From an uncultured Eggerthellaceae bacterium (GTDB lineage: Bacteria > Actinomycetota > Coriobacteriia > Coriobacteriales > Eggerthellaceae), in NCBI GenBank assembly GCA_934645125.1, contig CAKUDT010000001.1:1-58754 (forward strand): a DNA stretch of 58,754 bases, in the 5' to 3' direction. The notes below the pieces were generated by a model, which was not told the origin of the DNA, did no database searches, and was given only the letters and a program-made list of their open reading frames with translations. Made by a program: the position numbers and the translations under genes. This document shows, in pieces, positions 45,936 to 55,981 of the stretch (positions within the stretch are counted from its first letter, which is position 1; every line of letters begins with the position of its first letter).

Positions 45936-48404
45936 ATGAGGTTCGCACTAGCCGGCAATCCCAATTGCGGCAAAACGACTCTCTTCAACGCCCTGACCGG
46001 CTCAAACCAACGCGTTGGCAACTGGCCGGGCGTTACCGTGGAAAAGAAAGAAGGCGCCTGCAAAGCCAACAAGGATTTCCAGATTGTTGACCTTCCGGGC
46101 ATCTATTCTCTTTCTCCCTACACGCTTGAAGAAGTTGTTGCACGTAAATTCATCATCAACGAGCGCCCCGACGCCATTATCAACATCATTGACGGCTCCA
46201 ACCTGGAGCGCAACCTGTACCTGACCACGCAGCTGCTTGACCTGGGACTTCCCGTTTTGGTAGCCATCAACATGATGGACGTTGTACGCAAAAACGGCGA
46301 TATTATCAACATCGATGCCCTGCGCGAGAAGCTGGGCGCGGCCGACGTGGTTGAAATCTCCGCGCTGAAAGGCGAAGGCATTGACGCGCTGGTTGCCGCC
46401 ATGGGCGACCTTGCCTCCAAAGCAGCTCCCGCTGGCATGACGTTTACCCAGGCCATTGAGCCGGCCGTAAAGGAAGTAACCGCTCTGTTGCCCGATTCCA
46501 TTGATCCCGCCGTGCGCCGCTTCTACGCTGTTAAGCTGCTGGAAGGCGACGACAAGATCGGCGAAGGCATTGACGGCATGCCCGACGTATCTGAGCAGCA
46601 AAAAGCCATTGAACTTGCCTGCGATGATACCGCCGAAAGCGCCATCATCAACGAGCGCTACGAATGGATTGGCAACATCATCAACGACGTTGCCACTAAG
46701 GGCGCTGGCAGCAAGAAGGAATCCATTTCCGACAAAATTGACCGCGTAGTCACGAACCGCATTTTGGCGTTGCCCATCTTCGCCGTGGTCATGTTCCTGG
46801 TGTACTACCTGTCCGTTACCACCGTTGGCGGCGTAGCCACCGACTGGGCAAACGATGGCGTGTTCGGCGATGGCTGGTTCCTTGATCCGGCACCCATTGT
46901 TGGCATCGACGGCGCTCAAGCCGACTTTGACGAGGTCAACGACGAGTTTGAAAGTGCCTTGGGCATTGTTGAAACCGGCATTGGCGGCACGTATCAGGAT
47001 TACGACGATGAGTCCGGCGAAGGCGAAATGGTCGAAGTTGACCGCGAGACCTACAACGAAGCCATCGGCGTGCTGCAAGAAGCTGCGGGCGACGATGCCG
47101 AAGCAGCAACCGCCGTCTCCTACCTGGCGAAAAACACCCTGGGCGATGAAGAAAACGAAGCCCGCGCCGAGGCCCTGGAGACCGCAGGTGAGCTGGGTCC
47201 CGACCCCGCTGAATACGGCATTTGGATTCCCGGCATCCCTGCACTGCTGGAAGACCTGACTAGCTCACTTGGTCTTGACGAGGAAAGCTGGCTGCACGGT
47301 CTGATCTTCGACGGCATCGTTGCCGGTCTGGGCGCCATGCTGGGCTTCTTGCCGCAGATGTTCATCCTGTTCTTGCTGCTGTCCTTCCTGGAGCTGTGCG
47401 GCTACACGTCCCGCGTTGCGTTCATTCTGGACCGCATCTTCCGCCGCTTCGGCCTGTCCGGTAAGTCGTTCATTCCGCTGCTCATCAGCTCTGGCTGCGG
47501 CGTTCCGGGCGTTATGGCAAGCCGCACCATTGAGAACTTGAACGACCGTCGCATGACCGTTATGACCGCAACGTTTGTTCCCTGCGGTGCAAAACTCCCG
47601 TTCATCGCGTTGATCGCGGGCGCTGTGTTCGGTGGCGCCTGGTGGGTTGCCCCGTGCGCGTACTTCATGGGCATTGCCTGCGTGTTGCTTTCCGGCATCA
47701 TCCTAAAGAAGTTCAAGGCATTCGCCGGCGAAGCCACCCCGTTCGTTATGGAACTTCCTGCCTACCACCTGCCCTCCTTCGGTAGCGTTATGCGCGCCAC
47801 GGGCGAGCGTTGCATGGCATTCGTCAAGAAGGCCCTTACCGTTCTGTTGCTGGCGACCATCGTCATTTGGTTCCTGAGCACCTACGGCATTGTCGATGGC
47901 GCTTTCGGCGCGGTCGAGGATCAGGCCGACTCCATGCTGGCTGCTATCGGTGGTGCCATCTCGGGCATCTTCGCTCCCCTGGGTTGGGGCACATGGCAAG
48001 CAACCGCAGCGTCTATCGTGGGCATTACCGCAAAGGAAAACATCGTGTCTACGCTGGGCATCCTTTACGCCTGCCCCGAAGGCTGGTATTCAGCAGTTCA
48101 GGCCGCACTGCCTACGGCCGCTGGCTTCAGCTTCCTGGCGTTTAACCTGCTGTGCATCCCCTGCTTCGCAGCTATGAGCGCCATTCTGAAGGAAATGGGC
48201 GGCATCAAATGGGCCGCCGCCGCCTGGGGCTATGAGTGCCTGGTTGCCTACGTAATCGCATTCATTTGCTACCAATTCATTGGTCTGGGAACCGGCGAAT
48301 GCGCGTTTGGCATTGGAACGATTGTTGCCATTGCGCTGGTTGCCGCCATCCTGTACTTGCTGTTCCGTCCGAACAAGTACGCAAAGAAGCAGCTCAACGA
48401 CTAG
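45936..48404 (+). CDS. feoB: Ferrous iron transporter FeoB with a large acidic loop insertion
   Basis: ATG 45936 after AAAGGA. G-domain GNPNCGKTTLFNALTG and DLPG. Polytopic C-terminal domain with LLSFLELCGYTSRVAFILD. Confidence 0.95.
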   Translation: MRFALAGNPNCGKTTLFNALTGSNQRVGNWPGVTVEKKEGACKANKDFQIVDLPGIYSLSPYTLEEVVARKFIINERPDAIINIIDGSNLERNLYLTTQLLDLGLPVLVAINMMDVVRKNGDIINIDALREKLGAADVVEISALKGEGIDALVAAMGDLASKAAPAGMTFTQAIEPAVKEVTALLPDSIDPAVRRFYAVKLLEGDDKIGEGIDGMPDVSEQQKAIELACDDTAESAIINERYEWIGNIINDVATKGAGSKKESISDKIDRVVTNRILALPIFAVVMFLVYYLSVTTVGGVATDWANDGVFGDGWFLDPAPIVGIDGAQADFDEVNDEFESALGIVETGIGGTYQDYDDESGEGEMVEVDRETYNEAIGVLQEAAGDDAEAATAVSYLAKNTLGDEENEARAEALETAGELGPDPAEYGIWIPGIPALLEDLTSSLGLDEESWLHGLIFDGIVAGLGAMLGFLPQMFILFLLLSFLELCGYTSRVAFILDRIFRRFGLSGKSFIPLLISSGCGVPGVMASRTIENLNDRRMTVMTATFVPCGAKLPFIALIAGAVFGGAWWVAPCAYFMGIACVLLSGIILKKFKAFAGEATPFVMELPAYHLPSFGSVMRATGERCMAFVKKALTVLLLATIVIWFLSTYGIVDGAFGAVEDQADSMLAAIGGAISGIFAPLGWGTWQATAASIVGITAKENIVSTLGILYACPEGWYSAVQAALPTAAGFSFLAFNLLCIPCFAAMSAILKEMGGIKWAAAAWGYECLVAYVIAFICYQFIGLGTGECAFGIGTIVAIALVAAILYLLFRPNKYAKKQLND

Positions 48405-48425
48405 TTCGCTGGCTTCACAATAATG

Positions 48426-48464
48426 AAAAGGCTGGGCGGGCGAACACCTTCCCAGCCTTTTTTA
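48426..48464 (+). terminator. Intrinsic terminator after feoB
   Basis: AAAAGGCTGGG-14 nt-CCCAGCCTTTT followed by TTTAG. Confidence 0.75.
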
Positions 48465-48555
48465 GTAAGATGACACGTAAGATGTAATCGAGAAGCTTGA
48501 CACCTTTTCGAACGATTTCGAAGGGACTTTGCAAAAGCCCTTGTCAGGAGCTCAC

Positions 48556-48786
48556 ATGAACTTGGGATCTTGGATAATACTTGCCGTGCTGGTGCTTATT
48601 GTGGCACTGGCTATCCGCAGCATTGTAAACGATCATAAAAGCGGCAAGGGAAGCTGCGGCGGATGCACCGGCTGCTCAGGCGGCGCAAAGCCGGCTTCTT
48701 GTTCTGCCGTTGACGACATGGTGCGCCACATGGAGAAGGAAGCAGAAAAGGCTGCACAAAAACCAGGCGAAGGGAAGCGCGCATGA
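48556..48786 (+). CDS. FeoB-associated Cys-rich small membrane protein
   Basis: ATG 48556 after AGGAG. One TM segment, then GSCGGCTGCSGG. Confidence 0.7.
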   Translation: MNLGSWIILAVLVLIVALAIRSIVNDHKSGKGSCGGCTGCSGGAKPASCSAVDDMVRHMEKEAEKAAQKPGEGKRA

Positions 48787-49037
48787 ACATCACCATTGGC
48801 GTTGACGGCATGATGTGCGGCATGTGCGAAACTCATGTTGCCGGTGCAATACGGCAAGCGTTCCCCGACGCAAAAAAAGTCAATGCTTCCCGCAAGAAAA
48901 AGCAGGTCACTCTGGAGATTGACCGTGAACTAACTGAAGAAGAGGTGCGTGGCGTAATTGAAGCGACCGGATACGATTTCACGGGAATTCGTACCGAGCA
49001 AGCGCCCGAAAAGAAGCGGCGTTTCGGTATTTTTTAG
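48783..49037 (+). CDS. Heavy-metal-associated (HMA) domain protein, CopZ-like
   Basis: 84 aa with the GMMCGMCETHV metal-binding motif. 4-nt overlap with the previous gene. Confidence 0.8.
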   Translation: MNITIGVDGMMCGMCETHVAGAIRQAFPDAKKVNASRKKKQVTLEIDRELTEEEVRGVIEATGYDFTGIRTEQAPEKKRRFGIF

Positions 49038-49072
49038 CACGCTACTGCGAGCGTGACCAGCTCTGCCATGCC

Positions 49073-49738
49073 TTACCACGAGTCCAAATGAGGGTCGCCC
49101 GTCACCAGTTCGCCACGCCCCGCCAACAGTTCGCGCAAGCTTTCCACGACAGGATCGACTTCACCTTCCTTCATGCGGAAGAAAAGCGTCACTTGATCGG
49201 TAAATCCGGTGCTGAGCACTTTCGCAGCAGCCTTCTCAAGCGTATACAGCGCCGTGTCGTACAGCGAATACGGCATGACAACTTGAACATCCACGCAAGA
49301 AATCATCGATACGACCTGGGCATTTTCCAATGCACCTTGTGCCGCCTTCGTATACGCGCGCACGAGCCCGCCTGTTCCCAACAGCGTGCCGCCGAAATAG
49401 CGCGTGACCACTACCACAACATCTTTCAGCTCTGCACCGCGGATGACTTCAAGCACGGGTAGACCAGCGGTTTTCTGCGGCTCACCATCGTCGCTTTGAC
49501 GCTCCACGGGAGCCGCACCTGCATTCGCAGGACCGCTGCACGTCAGAAACGCGAACACGTTGTGGCGCGCACCATGCTCTAACGCACGGACATGTGCCAC
49601 AAACTCACGTGCTTGCTCCTCGTTTTCCACATGACACGCGCGGCCAATGAAGCGCGATTTCTTTTCTTCTGTCTCGAAAACACTCGGTTCATCAGGGGTA
49701 TTAGAAAGCGTCACATACGGCGCAGCCTCAAACAGCAT
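49073..49738 (-). CDS. yigZ: YigZ/IMPACT-family protein
   Basis: 221 aa. KSRFIGRACHV...ARHNVFAF...DDGEPQKTAGLPVLEVI...VVVVTRYFGGTLLGTGGLVRAY. Confidence 0.8.
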   Translation of the reverse strand: MLFEAAPYVTLSNTPDEPSVFETEEKKSRFIGRACHVENEEQAREFVAHVRALEHGARHNVFAFLTCSGPANAGAAPVERQSDDGEPQKTAGLPVLEVIRGAELKDVVVVVTRYFGGTLLGTGGLVRAYTKAAQGALENAQVVSMISCVDVQVVMPYSLYDTALYTLEKAAAKVLSTGFTDQVTLFFRMKEGEVDPVVESLRELLAGRGELVTGDPHLDSW

Positions 49739-49795
49739 GCTTTACTCCCCCAAATTCCAAGAAGCCTTGAACGGAAGCCATCTTATCAGCCGTTT

Positions 49796-50002
49796 CTAGC
49801 GCTCAGAGTCGCCCGCTGTGCGCGGACGAGCGTCTTCCACCGCTTCTTCCAGCAGCATGATCTGTTTTTGCAGCGCGCTTTGCTTGCGGAACTGCATGAG
49901 CATCCACACGCCCAGCACCAGCCACACCAGCGCATAAGCCGCAATAAGATACGGGGCCGATGGAAGAATGGTGGAGTAGATCTCTTGCAACAACGGATTC
50001 AT
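49796..50002 (-). CDS. CcmD-like small membrane protein
   Basis: 68 aa (second ATG, 7 nt after GAAGGGA). PYLIAAYALVWLVLGVWML TM segment, then a charged tail. Lies downstream of ccmC. Confidence 0.55.
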   Translation of the reverse strand: MNPLLQEIYSTILPSAPYLIAAYALVWLVLGVWMLMQFRKQSALQKQIMLLEEAVEDARPRTAGDSER

Positions 50003-50142
50003 AATCATTCCCTTCGTAGAGAAGTTTCGTAAACGGCAATCTCAATATATAAGCAGGTCATAGCGTCTTCTAGCAACCAGCAGCAACCGCCAGCAACTCA
50101 GCAGCTCCAGCAATATCAGCCACAGCGCGACCTGCTAAAACA

Positions 50143-50946
50143 TTAATCGTCCAGCGTGTCCTTCAGCGCGGCAACACGTTCTTCCAAACGTGCATTGCGG
50201 AAGCGCACCCGATACATCCCAAACGCAATCAGCAAAAAGCCAACGGCGCACACCCCTACGGTCAGCGCCATGTCGGGCGTCATGCCGCCCTGACGCAAAA
50301 CCACCGGGTGCAAGCCACTGGGAATAAAGCGCGTCACGAAGAACGTAATAGGCACGTCCAAGAAGCTGATCAGGCCAAATACCGAGGCAAACGTTGCACG
50401 ACGCTCGACATCGTCAATAGCATTGCGCAAAATGAAGTACGCAATGGCAAGAACCGTCAGAATAAGATACGTGGTCAGGCGCGGCTCCCACGTCCACCAC
50501 ACGCCCCACTCGAACACCGTCCACAGCTCGCCGGTGATCATGGTGCAAATAACGAACAGCAGCGCGACTTCCATGCAAAGGCGCGCGCACGTATCAAACC
50601 GCTGTTGACGCGTGGCCAAATAGCGAATGCAGTAATACGCCATGAAAATCATGACCACCATGGACGTAATGGCAACCGGCATATGGAAGTAGAAAATCTT
50701 TTGGCTGAGCAGCAGTTTTGTAGTTACCACTTGATCGCCAATCAGCTCGGCACCGCCCACTGCTGCACCGTTTACCGGCGCTGCGTAAAGAAATGCCAAC
50801 AAGAAACCAATAGCCGAAAGCACGAAACCAGCCACAATAGCAGCCGGCGCCACCTTATCGGGCCATTGTCCCATTTCTGGGATTTTCACCTGCCCTTTTT
50901 CCTTTGACACGAAAGCCTTCCTTTCCTTTGAACGCATCGGGTGCAC
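50143..50946 (-). CDS. ccmC: Haem exporter protein CcmC
   Basis: Trp-rich haem-handling motif WGVWWTWEPRLT and 6 TM segments. The start is uncertain (GTG 50946, ATG 50937 or ATG 50874). Confidence 0.85.
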   Translation of the reverse strand: MHPMRSKERKAFVSKEKGQVKIPEMGQWPDKVAPAAIVAGFVLSAIGFLLAFLYAAPVNGAAVGGAELIGDQVVTTKLLLSQKIFYFHMPVAITSMVVMIFMAYYCIRYLATRQQRFDTCARLCMEVALLFVICTMITGELWTVFEWGVWWTWEPRLTTYLILTVLAIAYFILRNAIDDVERRATFASVFGLISFLDVPITFFVTRFIPSGLHPVVLRQGGMTPDMALTVGVCAVGFLLIAFGMYRVRFRNARLEERVAALKDTLDD

Positions 50947-50954
50947 ACCGAACC

Positions 50955-51731
50955 CTACGCGGAAATCACAAAATCGTACAGAGCCCAGCTCGCCAAGCCC
51001 ATAATCACATCATACGCCGCCGCAATGGCAAGCGAAACGGTAAAGGAATCCATAAAGCCATCGGTACCCACCAGCGCCGCCGTGGTTGCCGTAACGCAGG
51101 CATACAGCAACGGGAAGATGAGCGGAATGAACAGCACCGCAAGCAAAACATCTTTACCACGCGTTGCTGCCGTAATAGTCGAAAGGAGTGTGCCCACTGC
51201 CGACATGCCAATGGTTCCCACTAAAATTGCAACAATGACCAGTCCAAACGATGAGGGGAAGCCATAGTTGCCCATGAAAAAGAAATAGAACAGCGGCACA
51301 GAGATAAGCTCAACCACCAGCATAAACAGGAAATTCGACAACGCCTTCGAAAGAAAAATCACGCCGCGATCTATGGGGACCAGCAAAATGCCTTCCAGCG
51401 CGCCTTGCTCTTTTTCGTACGCGAACGAGCGATTCAGACCCAGCAAACTGGTGAATACGAACAGCGCCCATAAAAGTCCGCCGCTCATCTGCAGCAAATC
51501 AAGCTTGCTGGACGTTTGCCCCAACGCCGCACCGTACACAATAAGCACGAGCAGCGCATAAACGCCCATGCTTGTAATCATTTCTTTCGTGCGGAACTCA
51601 CGACGCATGTCTTTCGCAAACAAGACTTTGAACTGGGAAAACGAAGAAGGTTTCGCAACGTTTGCTCTGCCAGCTTGCATCGTGGGCTCGGCTTCTTTCG
51701 CAACCGCGTTCTTAGTCAAGGAAGCTGCCAT
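50955..51731 (-). CDS. ccmB: Haem exporter permease CcmB
   Basis: 258 aa, polytopic. Its ATG abuts the ccmA stop (TAAATG). Confidence 0.75.
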   Translation of the reverse strand: MAASLTKNAVAKEAEPTMQAGRANVAKPSSFSQFKVLFAKDMRREFRTKEMITSMGVYALLVLIVYGAALGQTSSKLDLLQMSGGLLWALFVFTSLLGLNRSFAYEKEQGALEGILLVPIDRGVIFLSKALSNFLFMLVVELISVPLFYFFFMGNYGFPSSFGLVIVAILVGTIGMSAVGTLLSTITAATRGKDVLLAVLFIPLIFPLLYACVTATTAALVGTDGFMDSFTVSLAIAAAYDVIMGLASWALYDFVISA

Positions 51732-52445
51732 TTACGACACCCCCATTCCCACGGTCTTGCGGTACAGCTGCTCGAATTCCGCCGCATCCAGATTCTCTTT
51801 CGCATCGAACGCAACAACGCGACCCTTCGCCAAAACCAGCGCGTGCGTGCACATCTCAAAGCCCTTGGCAAAGTCGTGGCTCACCATGACAAACGTGCGT
51901 CCCTCGCGCTGCTTTGCAATGAGCTGGTCAAATACTTCGACCGCATGGGGGTCAAGCCCCGAGTACGGCTCGTCAAGAAACACGACTTGCGGATCGTGGA
52001 TAAGCGCGCGAGCGATACTTATGCGCTGCAACATGCCGCGGCTGAACGTGCGCACCGCATCCAGGCGCCTATGCTTCAGCTCAACGGCTTCCAACAACTC
52101 CATCACGCGCGCCTCTGGATTTGACACACCGTAGAGCTGCGCGAAAATCATTAAGTTCTCGTAAGCGGTCAAATCGGGGTACAACATGGGCTGATGACTG
52201 ATAAGCCCCATGCAGGCACGCGCCTGATCAGGCTCTTCTTTCAAGTCAATGCCGCAAATGCTCACGCTGCCCCGAGTGGGACGCGCGCACGTGGTCAAAA
52301 TGCGTAGCAGCGTTGTTTTGCCCGCGCCGTTCGGACCGAATATGGAAAGAAATGCTCCTTGCGGCACCTGGATGGAAACGTTATCGACCGCTTTACGATC
52401 GCCAAACGCTTTCACCAGGCCTTTTGTCTCAATTGCATAGGTCAT
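51732..52445 (-). CDS. ccmA: Haem exporter ATP-binding protein CcmA
   Basis: Start at the ATG at 52445, overlapping the ccmF stop (ATGA). Walker A GPNGAGKTT, Walker B VVFLDEP. Confidence 0.85.
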   Translation of the reverse strand: MTYAIETKGLVKAFGDRKAVDNVSIQVPQGAFLSIFGPNGAGKTTLLRILTTCARPTRGSVSICGIDLKEEPDQARACMGLISHQPMLYPDLTAYENLMIFAQLYGVSNPEARVMELLEAVELKHRRLDAVRTFSRGMLQRISIARALIHDPQVVFLDEPYSGLDPHAVEVFDQLIAKQREGRTFVMVSHDFAKGFEMCTHALVLAKGRVVAFDAKENLDAAEFEQLYRKTVGMGVS

Positions 52446-54745
52446 TTTCGCTCGCCTGCTTCTCCTGCGGCAGTCTGCGTTGCCGTAACAGTTGCCGGAG
52501 CAACAGTCTCGGGCGAAACCGCTGATGCGGGAGTCGCGGCGCCCTCCGCCTCCTGCTCCTTGCGCGAGGTGCGTTTGCCGAAAATGCCCACGAGCATGCC
52601 GGCCATAAGCACGTAGAAGCCGACCCACACGCAGCTGACCAGCGGATTCACGCGCACATCCAGGGAAAGCGCATCATCGCCAGACGACACGCCGCGATAC
52701 ACCACGAACAAATCTTCCGTGGGGAGGCCGATAACACTCGCGTTGAGCTTTTGCTGCTGCGTGGACGCCACCACCTCCACCTGGGGCGATGCATGGCCCA
52801 CGTACGTCTCTTGAAGCATAGTACCATCATCGGCTGCATCGACAGAATACGCATCGAAATCAACTTGGTAAATATAGTTGCCGTTTTCCGCCTGGAAAAT
52901 CTGATTTCCCTGATAACGCAACAGGTAGTCGCCCACCACGTAATCTTGCGCGCATGTGTCGGCCTCTTCATCCCACGCCAAATACCCCGCGTTTTCCGTC
53001 ACGTACATACTGGACCCAATAAGGCCCACCAGGATAATGGCCATGCCCGCATGGCTGATAGCGCCCGACAACGCGCTTGCGCTGCGACGCTGGCGAATGG
53101 CCATGAACAAAGCATTGAAGAAAAGCAGCGCCGCCACTGCGAAACCCACCACGGAAAGACCCTTGTAATACCACGCCGGACCTTGCATCGCAAGTTCCAT
53201 TGCAGCACTTCCACCTGCGGAAATAGTCGCATCGTACGCAGGGCTCAAACGCAGCACGAAATACGCCACCAGCACAATGAACAGCACCAACGCGCACAGG
53301 GCGGGAATACGCGCCTGTTTCGCGAACGTCGTCTTGTTCGCCTTCTGCCACCCCAGCAGCGGGCACACCGTCATCATGGCTAAGAAAATCACACCGACCG
53401 GGCGAGCGATAACGTTGTACGAATCCGTAGAAAGCGACTCCCCGCCAAACGGCAGCCACGACGGCAGCGCGCTGGAAACGGTCATATACGTGATAAGCAG
53501 CGTCATGACCAGCAGAATCACGTCGCTCAAGTAATACATTGCGCCCTTCGACGCCATGCTTTCAAAGTCATCGCGGTCCGTGGTGCCAAACATGGAACGA
53601 CGCACCACTAAAAGGACAATGCCCAGCAGAATGGAAATCACAATAAGTGCGCCGAACAGCACCAGGCTCACCGGATCGCCCTCGAATGCGTGAACAGATT
53701 GTACCAAACCGCTACGGCTGATGAACGTGCCCACAATTACGAACGCGAACGTTAAGCACGCGCACAGAACCGACCAGCCCTTGAACGCGCCGCGCTGGCG
53801 ATACACCGTGAAGCTATGAATGAGCGCAACCGCCATAAGCCAGGAAAGCAAGCTTGCGTTTTCAACGGCATCCCAGCCCCAATAGCCGCCCCAGCCCAGC
53901 ACAACGTACGCCCACAGGGCGCCCAAACCAATGCCAGCCGTCAAAAACAGCCAGCTGACCAGGGCATATCGCGTTGAGCGCTGAACCCATGTTGGAGAGG
54001 CATCGTTCACGATTAGTGCCGAGATAGCATACGCAAAGGGAACAGTAAGGCCCGCGTAACCCACGAACAGCGTGGGCGGATGAATGGCCATGGCCCAATG
54101 CTCAAGAAGCGTGTTCATGCCCAACATCTGGGCGGCTTTCGTAAGCGTTCCCGCTTCGGTAAAATACTTCGCATCGGTGGGCTCAAACGGCATGTTCGCT
54201 TCGCTAAACAGCAAAACGCCCACAAACGCCGCCAAAACAGCCTGCATCACCAGGCACGCAACGTTGTCAAGCTTGCGCGCTTGCCCCATGTCACGCACGG
54301 CAACAATGGCGCCAAAAATTGCGATAAGCCACGCCCAGAACAGCAAACTGCCTTCGCGACCAGCCCAAACGCCCGAAAGCTTATAGAGCCACGCCAACGA
54401 ACCAGCGTTGTTGGAATGGCTGCTCAGCACGTATTGAATGCTGTAGTTGTCGGTCAGAAAGCAATAGCCTAACACCACCACGCACACAGTAAGAGCCACC
54501 GTGGAAACAAGCGCGGCAACGCGGCCCGACCAAGAAAGCGTTTCGGAAAGAGTGCTTTCGCCCGCGGAGCTTGCGTCACCTGCGAATGAAGTACTTGCAG
54601 GGGTCCCATCCGAAGCCAATGCGCCTGCTTGATCAGCGCCTTTCCTGCTCAAAACCTGGCCAATGACCAGGAGAATCACACTTGCTGCTGCACCCACAAA
54701 AGCCACCAGCAGCGTAAACATGCCAATCATCGCGGGAGAAAACAC
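52442..54745 (-). CDS. ccmF: Cytochrome c-type biogenesis protein CcmF (haem lyase component)
   Basis: 767 aa with a GTG start after GAAAGGGGA. Trp-rich motif WGGYWGWDAVENASLLSWL. Confidence 0.9.
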   Translation of the reverse strand: MFSPAMIGMFTLLVAFVGAAASVILLVIGQVLSRKGADQAGALASDGTPASTSFAGDASSAGESTLSETLSWSGRVAALVSTVALTVCVVVLGYCFLTDNYSIQYVLSSHSNNAGSLAWLYKLSGVWAGREGSLLFWAWLIAIFGAIVAVRDMGQARKLDNVACLVMQAVLAAFVGVLLFSEANMPFEPTDAKYFTEAGTLTKAAQMLGMNTLLEHWAMAIHPPTLFVGYAGLTVPFAYAISALIVNDASPTWVQRSTRYALVSWLFLTAGIGLGALWAYVVLGWGGYWGWDAVENASLLSWLMAVALIHSFTVYRQRGAFKGWSVLCACLTFAFVIVGTFISRSGLVQSVHAFEGDPVSLVLFGALIVISILLGIVLLVVRRSMFGTTDRDDFESMASKGAMYYLSDVILLVMTLLITYMTVSSALPSWLPFGGESLSTDSYNVIARPVGVIFLAMMTVCPLLGWQKANKTTFAKQARIPALCALVLFIVLVAYFVLRLSPAYDATISAGGSAAMELAMQGPAWYYKGLSVVGFAVAALLFFNALFMAIRQRRSASALSGAISHAGMAIILVGLIGSSMYVTENAGYLAWDEEADTCAQDYVVGDYLLRYQGNQIFQAENGNYIYQVDFDAYSVDAADDGTMLQETYVGHASPQVEVVASTQQQKLNASVIGLPTEDLFVVYRGVSSGDDALSLDVRVNPLVSCVWVGFYVLMAGMLVGIFGKRTSRKEQEAEGAATPASAVSPETVAPATVTATQTAAGEAGERK

Positions 54746-54890
54746 ACCCGTCCCCTTTCCTATACTATATATAAGCTACAAGCGCGCAACCAAACGCAAC
54801 GCGGCGCACCCTTAGATCGGGTTGCGCCAACACAATGCAGCGCAAAAGCGCATTCCGCCAAAGCAGCATCTTACGCGCTTGCCGCGTACG

Positions 54891-55592
54891 CTACTGCCCC
54901 AGCGCAACATCGGACGCCAAGAACACCCCGCTCAAATCACCCGCAGCACCGCCATCAAGGGCACCCGTTATTACTACGGTTGCGCCATCGGTCACTTGGT
55001 CAGAAAGCGCGCCTTCAAACGAAATGCCCAGCTGAGCGCCACCTTCTTGGCCAGCACCTTCAGCGTCCTCCAGAACAAAACGTACTTTCTCCGTAGCGGT
55101 CGCCAGCGTACCTGCCTTTACCACGCCCACCACTTTCGTGGTTTTGCCCTGCATGGAGTCGCCGTAACCCGCAAGCTGAGAAACGCTCAACGCGTTCGAA
55201 GCGCTTTCGTATTTGCTGGGGCATTGCGTGACCAGATCGGAGCACACAACGGTGCCGCTCGAATCCACGCGCCCCGTGCAGATAGCCTTAATGCCGTTGC
55301 CGAACGTTGCGGAAACGCCCTTGTCGTAGCTCACGTGGACCGTCGCGCCGCCCGCACCGCTTTCGTCTTCGATATCAAACGTCAAAACGCCCTGCGGGTC
55401 AACTTCGTAGGAATTCGCTATGACCAGGCCCGACACCTTCACTTTTTTGTCTGCATAATTATTCGCGGCAAGCTCGGATACGCTCACGACCTTGGCCGAA
55501 GAACCGCCGCCCACCACGGCAAGAAGGACAATGATCACCAATACAATAATGCCGGCAACCACAATCATGCGACGCTTCGTTTTGCTGTTCAC
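54891..55592 (-). CDS. ccmE: Haem chaperone CcmE, CXXXY variant with a duplicated OB-fold domain
   Basis: GTG 55592, 6 nt after AAGGAG. N-terminal TM segment, OB-fold ending in QCPSKY, then a second similar domain lacking the motif. Confidence 0.75.
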   Translation of the reverse strand: MNSKTKRRMIVVAGIIVLVIIVLLAVVGGGSSAKVVSVSELAANNYADKKVKVSGLVIANSYEVDPQGVLTFDIEDESGAGGATVHVSYDKGVSATFGNGIKAICTGRVDSSGTVVCSDLVTQCPSKYESASNALSVSQLAGYGDSMQGKTTKVVGVVKAGTLATATEKVRFVLEDAEGAGQEGGAQLGISFEGALSDQVTDGATVVITGALDGGAAGDLSGVFLASDVALGQ

Positions 55593-55981
55593 GAGCGACT
55601 CCTTCTTCACATTTGAATATGCATAGAAATACAGGATGCATGATAGCGCAAAAGTCAAGCGCGAAAATGGCTCACCTGCACGTTCCCCCCAAAAAACAAC
55701 GCCATAAGGTGCACTTTTTGCCCGAAAAATAAGACATGAGGGTACGGCATTCACGCGAAAACAGGAGCATGATAGGAGCTAGCTTCGTTTGCCTTGTTTG
55801 CCGATGCATGAATAGTGAGCGAAACGAATCAAGAACATCGAAAAAATGCCGGACAATTCTCTTGTCGCGTTTTGGTTCTCGAACAACAGGCAACAAGCCC
55901 GGCAACAACGCAAGGGCAACTGCCGCTGGAGCCTTTCGCGTTCGAGCTGTCGCATCTAACCCGTATTGAAAAGGATGCCCT

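Noticed and set aside
46002-47078. 358-aa minus-strand ORF, and several 60-130-aa ORFs inside feoB
   Set aside because: Antisense or out of frame within feoB, which has clear G-domain and permease motifs.
50040-50130. Imperfect CAGCAAC-type tandem repeats between ccmC and the CcmD-like gene
   Set aside because: The tract is short and degenerate (AGCAACCAGCAGCAACCGCCAGCAACTCAGCAGCTCCAGCAAT). It is most simply low-complexity spacer sequence, and no function is inferable.
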